Source of the DNA: an uncultured Thermoplasmatales archaeon
GTDB taxonomy: Archaea > Thermoplasmatota > SW-10-69-26
Length of the DNA stretch: 40,820 nt
Assembly: GCA_964464425.1 (NCBI GenBank)
Contig: CAYXGD010000001.1
Span: 1 to 40,820 of the forward strand
Reading direction: 5' to 3'
This document shows, piece after piece, positions 32,435 through 39,054 of the stretch. Under the pieces are notes generated by a model. That model was not told the DNA's origin, ran no database searches, and saw only the letters and a list, made by a program, of their open reading frames with translations. Each line of letters opens with the position of its first letter. Positions within the stretch are counted from its first letter, which is position 1. The position numbers were made by a program, and so were the translations under genes.

Positions 32435-33562
32435 ATGGCCAGCTGGCTACAGACCGTCCTCGAGGGCCTCCCGGGCGCGCTGGTCAACGGCGTCGTCCTC
32501 GGCACGATCATCGCCCTGGCCGCCGTCGGGCTGACCCTCATCTACGGGGTCCTGCAGATCCCAACCTTCGCTCACGGGGACGTCCTGACCCTCGGCGCCT
32601 ACCTGGGCTGGGCGCTCCTGGCACCGGCCGGCCTGGCGGCCAGCGCCAACTGGCTGGGCCTGGCAGCGGCGCTGCTCACCGTCGCCGTGGGCATCGTCCT
32701 CTACACGCGCGACCTGCTCACCCGGCGCACCGCAGCCGTCCTGACCGTCCTGGCCGTGCTGGCCGTGACCTGGGACGTGTGGACCATGCTGGCCCCCGGC
32801 CTCCAGGGGTTCCTGGGGTCGGTGGTGCAGGACGGCGCACGCATGGCGAGCGCCCTGGCCACCGCGGCCTTGGCGATGGCCGGGTTGGGCGTGGCCAGCC
32901 ACTACCTCCTCTGGCGGCCGCTCAAGCGCCGAGGGGCCAAGATGGTCATGCTGATGATCGCCAGCATCGGGCTGGCGTTCTTCCTCCGAGGTGTCATCCA
33001 GTTCATCTGGCAAGGCCAGCGACGCATCTACGCGCTCAACATCCCCGAGCTCGTCTACGCGCCGATGGCCACGCGGATCACCAGCCACGAGATCGTCGCC
33101 TTCCTGGTCGCCGCGCTCGGGGTCGTCGGCGTCCACCTCTTCCTCACCCGGACGACCACCGGCAAGATGATGCGCGCCCTGGCCGACAACCCGGACCTGG
33201 CCCTGGTCACCGGCATCGACGTGCCGCGGCTGACCAGGCTCACGTGGGGGCTGGGCTCAGCGCTGGCGGGGGCCGCTGGGGTGCTCTACGCCTCCATCCA
33301 GCAGGGGTTGACGCCTGAGACCGGATGGATCCTCTTGCTCAGCATCTTCGCTGCCGTCATCCTCGGCGGCATCGGCAGCGCCCAGGGAGCCATCCTAGCC
33401 TCGCTGATCATCTTCGTCGCCCAAGAGGTCAGCGTCGTACTGACCGCCCCCCTCGACGTCCCCTTGCTGGGTCCCGAGTACAAGGTCGCCGTCGGGTTCG
33501 GGATCCTGATCTTGACCCTCCTGGTCCGGCCCCAGGGGCTGATGGGGGTGGAGGTCCGATGA
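32435..33562 (+). CDS. livH: Branched-chain amino-acid ABC transporter permease (LivH family) with an insertion of about 60 aa
   Basis: Starts at the ATG at 32435 (MASWLQTVLEGLPGALVNGVVLGTIIALAAVGLTLIYGV…FAHGD). The family C-terminal motif is AAVILGGIGSAQGA. The segment between the FAHGD motif and the …WRPLKRRG loop is visibly longer than in E. coli LivH and contains extra hydrophobic helices. Confidence 0.85.
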   Translation: MASWLQTVLEGLPGALVNGVVLGTIIALAAVGLTLIYGVLQIPTFAHGDVLTLGAYLGWALLAPAGLAASANWLGLAAALLTVAVGIVLYTRDLLTRRTAAVLTVLAVLAVTWDVWTMLAPGLQGFLGSVVQDGARMASALATAALAMAGLGVASHYLLWRPLKRRGAKMVMLMIASIGLAFFLRGVIQFIWQGQRRIYALNIPELVYAPMATRITSHEIVAFLVAALGVVGVHLFLTRTTTGKMMRALADNPDLALVTGIDVPRLTRLTWGLGSALAGAAGVLYASIQQGLTPETGWILLLSIFAAVILGGIGSAQGAILASLIIFVAQEVSVVLTAPLDVPLLGPEYKVAVGFGILILTLLVRPQGLMGVEVR

Positions 33563-34947
33563 CCGCCGAGCCCCAAGCCCCAGAGGCGCCAGCCGAGACC
33601 GGCCCGGACCGTTGGTGGCCCCTGGTTGCCGGGGTCGCAGCCCTGGCCCTGGCCGCTACTCTCCCCTCCCTCAAGGGCCTGCCTTGGCTCCCGTGGGTCG
33701 CCCTCCCGTTGGCGGCCGTCGCCTGGCGGTTGGCCGATCGGGTCGAGGGGACCGACACCATCCGGTTCATCGCCATCCTATCCGCCACCCTGCTCCTCTT
33801 CCTCTCCTTCAGTTGGCGCGGGGCGTTCCCCTGGAGCTTCCTATCACGGACCTACACGCTGATCCTGATCTACGCCGTGTTCACCCTAGGCCTGTCCCTC
33901 CAGTTCGCCTACTGCGGCTTGATCAACTTCGGGCACGTCGCCAGCATGGCCTTCGGCGCCTACGCCGTGGCGCTGCTCACCGGGAACCTGGCCAACCACG
34001 GCGCGCTGGTCGACCTCCTCTCGTTCTTCGTCGCCTTGGTCGCTTGGGCGTCGGCCGGGATCGCCCTCTGGCGTCAGGTCACCTGGCCGGCCCTGGCCAA
34101 GGTCGCCGCCGTGCTTGGCCTCGCCGTCCCCATCCTCCCGGCGGTCACGTGGCTCTGGGCTGCCCTGATCGGCCTGGCCTCGCCCCCCTACATCGGTGCC
34201 CTGGCCACGGGCCTGATCCTCGCCGTGGGCTGGGCCTACATCATCGGGGTCCCGACCCTCCGCCTGCGGGAGGACTACCTGGCCATCGTGACCATCGCTG
34301 CCGCTGAGATCCTCCGCATCACGATCAACAACGAGGACGGCTGGACCCGGGGCTCGGCGGGCATCAACGAGATGCCGTTCCCCTTCGAGCCGCTCATGGT
34401 CATCGGCGAACCCTTCGGCCAGGGTGCTGCCCTGAACATGGCAGTCGCCGTGGCCGCCATCGCGGCCATCGCCATCGTCGGGTGGATCCTCACCCGGCTG
34501 GTCCGGAGCCCCTGGGGCCGCCTGATCAAGGCTGTCGGCGACGACGAGGACGCCGCCGAAGGCGTCGGCGCACCGGTCATCTCCCTCAAGATGCAGGCCC
34601 TGGCGCTCGGGAGCATGGTCGCCGCCATCGCCGGGGCCCTGCTCGTCTGGCAGAACCTGGCGGTCCAACCCAAGCTGTTCCGACCCGTGCCAACGTTCTA
34701 CGCGTGGGCCATCTTGATCCTCGGCGGCCTAGGTAGCCTGCGAGGCGTGGTGGCCGGCAGCGCCATCTTCTGGGTCATCTGGCAAGCCCCTCGATGGATG
34801 GACCTCGGCCGACTGGGCCTCGAGGTCGGCAGCCAGCGGATCGCGGCCCTTCAGATCCTCCTGGTCGGGCTCCTGCTCATGATCGTGGTCCTCGTGAAAC
34901 CCGAAGGCTTGTTCGGCAAGACCGAGGAACTGGAGGTGATGGAGTGA
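33559..34947 (+). CDS. livM: Branched-chain amino-acid ABC transporter permease (LivM family)
   Basis: The ATG at 33559 overlaps the livH stop (ATGA). The protein is polytopic, with LivM-type motifs (…YCGLINFGHVA…, …ILILGGLGSLRGVV…). Confidence 0.85.
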   Translation: MTAEPQAPEAPAETGPDRWWPLVAGVAALALAATLPSLKGLPWLPWVALPLAAVAWRLADRVEGTDTIRFIAILSATLLLFLSFSWRGAFPWSFLSRTYTLILIYAVFTLGLSLQFAYCGLINFGHVASMAFGAYAVALLTGNLANHGALVDLLSFFVALVAWASAGIALWRQVTWPALAKVAAVLGLAVPILPAVTWLWAALIGLASPPYIGALATGLILAVGWAYIIGVPTLRLREDYLAIVTIAAAEILRITINNEDGWTRGSAGINEMPFPFEPLMVIGEPFGQGAALNMAVAVAAIAAIAIVGWILTRLVRSPWGRLIKAVGDDEDAAEGVGAPVISLKMQALALGSMVAAIAGALLVWQNLAVQPKLFRPVPTFYAWAILILGGLGSLRGVVAGSAIFWVIWQAPRWMDLGRLGLEVGSQRIAALQILLVGLLLMIVVLVKPEGLFGKTEELEVME

Positions 34948-35699
34948 CCACCAGCCTCGAGGCGCGGGACGTGACCGTCCGGTTCGGCGGCCTGACCGCC
35001 GTCGACCACGTCGATCTCGACATCCAGCCCGGGGAACTGGTCGCCTTGGTCGGGCCCAACGGCGCCGGGAAGTCCACCCTCTTCAACGCGTTCACCGGGC
35101 ACGTCACCCCCACGACGGGTCAGGTCATCTACGACGGGGACGACGTGACCGACCTCCAGACCCACCAGCGCGCCAGAGCCGGCCTGGTCCGGACCTGGCA
35201 GATAGCTCGTCCCTTCGTGCGGCTGTCCTGCCTCGAGAACGTCCTGGCTGCCGCCCCCGAGAACCCGGGGACGCGCATCCACCGGGCGTTGCTGGGCACC
35301 GGCGACCGGGAGGACATCGAGCTGCGGGCCGAGGAGGTCCTCGAACGGGTGGGCATGGATCACATGCGCGACGAGCTCGCCGGCAAGCTCTCCGGCGGTC
35401 AACGCAAGCTCCTGGAGATCGCCAGAGGGCTCATGTTGGACCCCAAGGTCCTGCTGCTCGACGAGCCCTTCGCCGGGGTCAACCCGACCCTCGCCAACCG
35501 CATCATCGACCTCCTCAAGACGCTCTGGCAGGACGACGGGCTGACCATCTTCCTCGTCGAGCACAACATGGACATCGTGATGGAGCACTGCCCGCGCGTG
35601 GTCGTCATGGCCCAGGGCGAGGTGCTGACCGACGGTACCCCCGACGAGGTCCGTGCCGACCAGCGGGTCATCGAAGCCTACCTGGGAGGGACCATGTGA
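34944..35699 (+). CDS. livG: Branched-chain amino-acid ABC transporter ATP-binding protein (LivG family)
   Basis: The GTG at 34944 overlaps the livM stop (GTGA). It has Walker A GPNGAGKST, the signature LSGGQRKLLEIA, Walker B LLLDEP and an H-loop VEHNM. Confidence 0.9.
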   Translation: MTTSLEARDVTVRFGGLTAVDHVDLDIQPGELVALVGPNGAGKSTLFNAFTGHVTPTTGQVIYDGDDVTDLQTHQRARAGLVRTWQIARPFVRLSCLENVLAAAPENPGTRIHRALLGTGDREDIELRAEEVLERVGMDHMRDELAGKLSGGQRKLLEIARGLMLDPKVLLLDEPFAGVNPTLANRIIDLLKTLWQDDGLTIFLVEHNMDIVMEHCPRVVVMAQGEVLTDGTPDEVRADQRVIEAYLGGTM

Positions 35700-36439
35700 T
35701 GACGCTCGAGGTCACGGGCCTGCGGACCGGGTACGGCAAGCTCGAGATCGTCAAAGGCGTCGATGTCTCGGTCCCCTCCGGCGACCTCGTTGTCATGGTC
35801 GGACCCAACGGGGCCGGGAAGAGCACGGTGCTCAAAGGGATCGCCGGCCTGGTCGAACCGTGGGACGGCCAGGTCCTCGTCGACGGGACCGAGGTCACCC
35901 ACGTCCCAGCCCACGCCAAGGTCCGGTACGGCCTGGCGGTCGTCCCGCAGACCGACAACATCTTCCCACGGTTGACGGTCCGGGAGCACCTGGAGGTCGC
36001 CACCGGCGCTGCCAACCGAGGCAGCCTCGAGGATGCCCTGGAGATGGTCCCCCAGCTCGAGCCCCTCATGGACCGTCGGGCGGGCAAGCTATCCGGCGGT
36101 CAGCGCCAGCTGGTGGCCCTCGGCCGAGCGTTGGTCACGCGTCCCCAGGTCCTGCTCCTGGACGAGCCGACGGCCGGGGTCCAACCTAACGTCGCCCGGG
36201 AGCTGCTCGACCACGTCGTCGAGATCGCCGGGCAAGGCGTCGCCGTCCTCATGGTCGAGCAGAACGCCCGCGAGGCCATGGAGAGGGCCGACCAGGCCGT
36301 CGTTCTCGACCGGGGCGAGGTGGCCTTCCGGGGACCCGGTCCTGACCTCCTCGAGGACCCGGAGGTCGGTCGGCTCTACCTCGGCATGACCCCCGAGGCC
36401 GACGGGCAGGACCCTGGGACCGGAGATCAAGCCACGTAG
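35696..36439 (+). CDS. livF: Branched-chain amino-acid ABC transporter ATP-binding protein (LivF family)
   Basis: Its start overlaps the livG stop (GTGATG). It has Walker A GPNGAGKST, the signature LSGGQRQLVALG, Walker B LLLDEP and VEQN. Confidence 0.9.
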   Translation: MMTLEVTGLRTGYGKLEIVKGVDVSVPSGDLVVMVGPNGAGKSTVLKGIAGLVEPWDGQVLVDGTEVTHVPAHAKVRYGLAVVPQTDNIFPRLTVREHLEVATGAANRGSLEDALEMVPQLEPLMDRRAGKLSGGQRQLVALGRALVTRPQVLLLDEPTAGVQPNVARELLDHVVEIAGQGVAVLMVEQNAREAMERADQAVVLDRGEVAFRGPGPDLLEDPEVGRLYLGMTPEADGQDPGTGDQAT

Positions 36440-36486
36440 ACGCTGGAGCGCGGTGGTCCGGCGAGGCCAAGCCTGGGGTTCCGGGC

Positions 36487-36521
36487 AAGACAGATGAAGA
36501 GAGAAGAAGAGGTGAAAGGGG
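36487..36521 (-). terminator. Candidate terminator: pyrimidine/T-rich tract on the minus strand just downstream of the binding-protein gene
   Basis: The minus strand reads CCCCTTTCACCTCTTCTTCTCTCTTCATCTGTCTT starting 10 nt after the stop at 36531, in the convergent spacer with livF. Archaeal termination typically uses T-rich tracts. The evidence is weak. Confidence 0.25.
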
Positions 36522-36530
36522 TCGCCGGGC

Positions 36531-37910
36531 CTAGGATCCGCCGACCTTGAACGGCTCACCGGTCTGGATCGTGCCGTTGTTGTCGACCTGCCAGAAGGCG
36601 TAGGTTCCGCTGACGACCTCACCCCGGTCGTCCCACTGGAGATCGCTGGCGGCGCCGATCCAATCGATGTCCTGGCCAGCGCTCAGCAGGGTGAAGGCCT
36701 GATCCAGGTCGTGGGTCTGGACCCCCGGCGGGTTGGCGACCCGGCGCATGTGATCCTGCCAGACCGTGGGATCGGTGGAGTCGGCGCTGTGGATCGCCAG
36801 CAGCATGTAGATCGCCGCGTCGTAGCTCTCGGCGGCGAACAGCCCGGGCGCGTGGCCGTACTTCTCCTCGAACTCCTGCTGGAACTCGCCGCTGGCGTTG
36901 GTGCTCCCGGCGGGGGTGGTCCCCTGGAAGCCGCGGAGAGCCGGCTCGCCGTCGGCGTCGTCGCCGACGTTGTCGACGAAGTCCTGGGACTTGACGCCCT
37001 CGCTGAAGTAGACCGGGAACTCGCCCAGCCGACCGTCGTTGAGGAGCCCCGTGTAGATCGGGACGCCGGCCCCTGGGTAGCCGATGAAGACAAGGGCGTC
37101 GAAGTCGCCGGAGGTGGCCTCGCTGGCCTCCGTGTCGAAGGAGGAGGCGTCCTCGTCGTAGAGGATGGTCTTGCCGACGTCGCCCTCGAAGGCATCCTCG
37201 AGCGTGTTGGCGAAGCCCTTGCCGTAGTCGTTGTTGACGGCCAGGATGTTGATGGACTCGCAGCCGTCATCCTGGAGCAACTGGGCCATGGCGCGTCCCT
37301 GCAGGGAGTCCGGCGGGGGCACCCGGTAGAAGAACCCGTTGTTCTCCCGCTCGGTCAGGGTCGGGGACGTGCTGGCCGGGGTGGTCAGCACGATCTCGTT
37401 CTGGACGGCGGTGGGCAGGATGCTACCGGTCACACCGGATGAGGCGGCCCCGACGACGCCGACGACACCCTCCTCGATCAGCCGCTGGAGCTCCTGGGGA
37501 GCAGCCGACGGGTCGGTCTGGGTGTCGCCCTCGATGACCTCGACCGACCGCTGGCCCAGCAGGCCACCGGAGGAGACGTTGTTGGCCTGGTCGGCGGCCA
37601 TGCGGACAGCGCGGGCCATGTCGCCCCCGAAGTCCTGGAGGCCGCCGCTTAGCGGCAGCATGAACCCGAGCGTGACCGTGTCACCGGTCTGCTGGAGCGC
37701 AGCCGGGGCCACTGGGGCCGCTTCGGCGTCCCCTGGAGCCGGGTCCAGGGTAGAGGCAGCGGTCCCTTCCATGGAACCACCCAGCCCCTCACACGTCGTC
37801 ACCCGTTCGCCAGCGCCACCATCTTGGGTGGTGGTGCAACCGGCGAGCCCAACCGTGAGAAGCGCCACGGCCATCATCCAAACAGCATGGTTCCTATCTA
37901 ACACGCCCAT
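36531..37910 (-). CDS. Second ABC transporter substrate-binding lipoprotein (Leu/Ile/Val-binding family)
   Basis: The N-terminus is MGVLDRNHAVWMMAVALLTVGLAGC (lipobox), followed by a Thr/Gly/Ala-rich linker and a type-1 PBP body (VTLGFMLPLSGGLQDFGGDMARAVRMAADQAN…). Confidence 0.85.
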   Translation of the reverse strand: MGVLDRNHAVWMMAVALLTVGLAGCTTTQDGGAGERVTTCEGLGGSMEGTAASTLDPAPGDAEAAPVAPAALQQTGDTVTLGFMLPLSGGLQDFGGDMARAVRMAADQANNVSSGGLLGQRSVEVIEGDTQTDPSAAPQELQRLIEEGVVGVVGAASSGVTGSILPTAVQNEIVLTTPASTSPTLTERENNGFFYRVPPPDSLQGRAMAQLLQDDGCESINILAVNNDYGKGFANTLEDAFEGDVGKTILYDEDASSFDTEASEATSGDFDALVFIGYPGAGVPIYTGLLNDGRLGEFPVYFSEGVKSQDFVDNVGDDADGEPALRGFQGTTPAGSTNASGEFQQEFEEKYGHAPGLFAAESYDAAIYMLLAIHSADSTDPTVWQDHMRRVANPPGVQTHDLDQAFTLLSAGQDIDWIGAASDLQWDDRGEVVSGTYAFWQVDNNGTIQTGEPFKVGGS

Positions 37911-37938
37911 AGGTCAACCCGAGGCGCGAAGCCCCAGG

Positions 37939-37951
37939 CCCCTTCAAAAGC
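37939..37951 (-). promoter_or_regulatory. TATA-like box (minus-strand GCTTTTGAAGGGG)
   Basis: About 36 nt upstream of the ATG at 37910. It separates the gene from hairpin array 2. Confidence 0.4.
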
Positions 37952-38004
37952 ATGTCGAAGCCCCGTGGTCTCCCGCCGATCACGGCGCAGAGCAGCCCAG
38001 GCCA

Positions 38005-38520
38005 GGATCCACCGGGCAGCCAGACCGGCCGCTGTGGTGGGGGTTGATCCGGTAGGATGTGAGGCTGGAGGTCGCCCTGGTGTGGTTGGTGTGGTCGACC
38101 TCCAGAGCCTGTCCGAACCGAGCGGTCGTTGCGGGTTCGGACGCTCTGACGGCCTCTATCCGCGCGGGTGCTTCGGCCGTCAGATCCGCCCGGATCGGAG
38201 ATTCGGGCTCTCTGAACCTCGCCTCTGCGCGGTTGGTGTGGCGAGTTGTGTTGCTGGAGGTCGCCCTGGTGTGGTTGGTGTGGTCGACCTCCAGAGCCTG
38301 TCCGAACCGAGCGGTCGTTGCGGGTTCGGACGCTCTGACGGCCTCTATCCGCGCGGGTGCTTCGGCCGTCAGATCCGCCCGGATCGGAGATCCGGGCTCT
38401 CTGAACCTCGCCTCTGCGCGGTTGGTGTGGCGAGGTTCAGATCCGACCGAACCGAGCTGTGGGTGCCGGTTCGGTCTCTCTGAGCCCCCGCGGTGGTACC
38501 GGTGGCCCAGCGGGGCCTCA
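38005..38520. repeat. Hairpin-repeat array 2: about 12 consecutive stem-loops, same family as 16745-17145
   Basis: Stems read from the sequence include 38065-38077/38093-38105 (12 of 13 pairs), 38111-38119/38134-38142 (9 bp) and 38145-38154/38175-38184 (10 bp). Others are 38188-38196/38200-38208 (9 bp with one G-T), 38400-38411/38430-38441 (12 bp), 38445-38453/38468-38476 (9 bp) and 38486-38491/38510-38515 (6 bp). An exact 23-mer, GGTTGGTGTGGTCGACCTCCAGA, occurs at 38084-38106 and at 16840-16862. Confidence 0.85.
38064..38441. repeat. Tandem direct duplication, period 189 bp, inside array 2
   Basis: 38064-38245 equals 38253-38434 apart from one mismatch that I could find by eye (T at 38203 versus C at 38392). 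Each unit carries five hairpins. The fifth hairpin of copy 1 is truncated at the junction (GCGAG|TTGTGTT). Confidence 0.9.
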
Positions 38521-38787
38521 AAGCCGTCCGACGTCCTCGCAGGAGACGGACTCGACGCCTTGGATCTTGGCGAAGGAATCCTCGAGGCCATCGACCGAGA
38601 TCTCCTCGGTGTCCTCCATGCGGAGGGTCACGTGGATGGCCTTGAGCCCGAAGGCGACGGGCTTGACCTCGGCGCTCTCCCAGGTGACACCCTCCGGGAT
38701 GACGTCCTTGGCTTGCTCTTGGAGGGCGTCCAGGTCGCTCTCGACGCTCTCCGGCATGATCTTGAAGACGGCGATAAGTTCACCCAT
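38518..38787 (-). CDS. Translation elongation factor aEF-1 beta
   Basis: 89 aa: MGELIAVFKIMPESVESDLDALQEQAKDVIPEG…VKPVAFGLKAIHVTLRMEDTE…VESVSCEDVGRL. This is the typical archaeal EF-1beta length and sequence pattern, preceded by its usual Zn-ribbon partner gene. Confidence 0.9.
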   Translation of the reverse strand: MGELIAVFKIMPESVESDLDALQEQAKDVIPEGVTWESAEVKPVAFGLKAIHVTLRMEDTEEISVDGLEDSFAKIQGVESVSCEDVGRL

Positions 38788-38809
38788 GATCGGTCACCAG
38801 TCCCGGGCG

Positions 38810-38980
38810 CTACGGGCCGACGAAGGCGCAGGAGGGGCACTCGTACTCGACGCCCTGGTCGCGGCACTGCGGGCAGCGACCGATGGGCGCATCGGCGCAA
38901 TCGGGGCAAGGGAAGCTGGTGCTGCCCCGGCCGATGAGCCGGACGCCACAGGAGGTACAGGAGTCGGCCTTGAGCTGCAT
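38810..38980 (-). CDS. Small Zn-ribbon protein (four CxxC pairs), the conserved partner upstream of aEF-1 beta
   Basis: Not in the ORF track (56 aa). My translation is MQLKADSCTSCGVRLIGRGSTSFPCPDCADAPIGRCPQCRDQGVEYECPSCAFVGP followed by a stop. The ATG is at 38980 and the TAG at 38810-38812. Confidence 0.7.
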   Translation of the reverse strand: MQLKADSCTSCGVRLIGRGSTSFPCPDCADAPIGRCPQCRDQGVEYECPSCAFVGP

Positions 38981-39009
38981 GGGACTCTCAGGCCGGCCCG
39001 ATGCTGGTT

Positions 39010-39023
39010 CCTGTATAAAAGGG
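39010..39023 (-). promoter_or_regulatory. TATA box (minus-strand CCCTTTTATACAGG) upstream of the Zn-ribbon/aEF-1beta operon
   Basis: A clear TTTATA core about 35 nt upstream of the ATG at 38980. Confidence 0.55.
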
Positions 39024-39054
39024 CTAGCGTAGCCCGGAGGCGTGCGTCAGCGCC

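Noticed and set aside
37965-38937. ORFs spanning the repeat arrays (37965-38483 +, 37980-38591 -, 38059-38937 +, 16760-17197 +, 16765-17106 +) as possible repeat-containing proteins.
   Set aside because: Their reading frames are kept open only by the GC-rich repeats. The translations are internally repetitive, Arg/Gly/Ser/Val-rich strings with no start context, and 38059-38937 runs antisense through the aEF-1beta gene.
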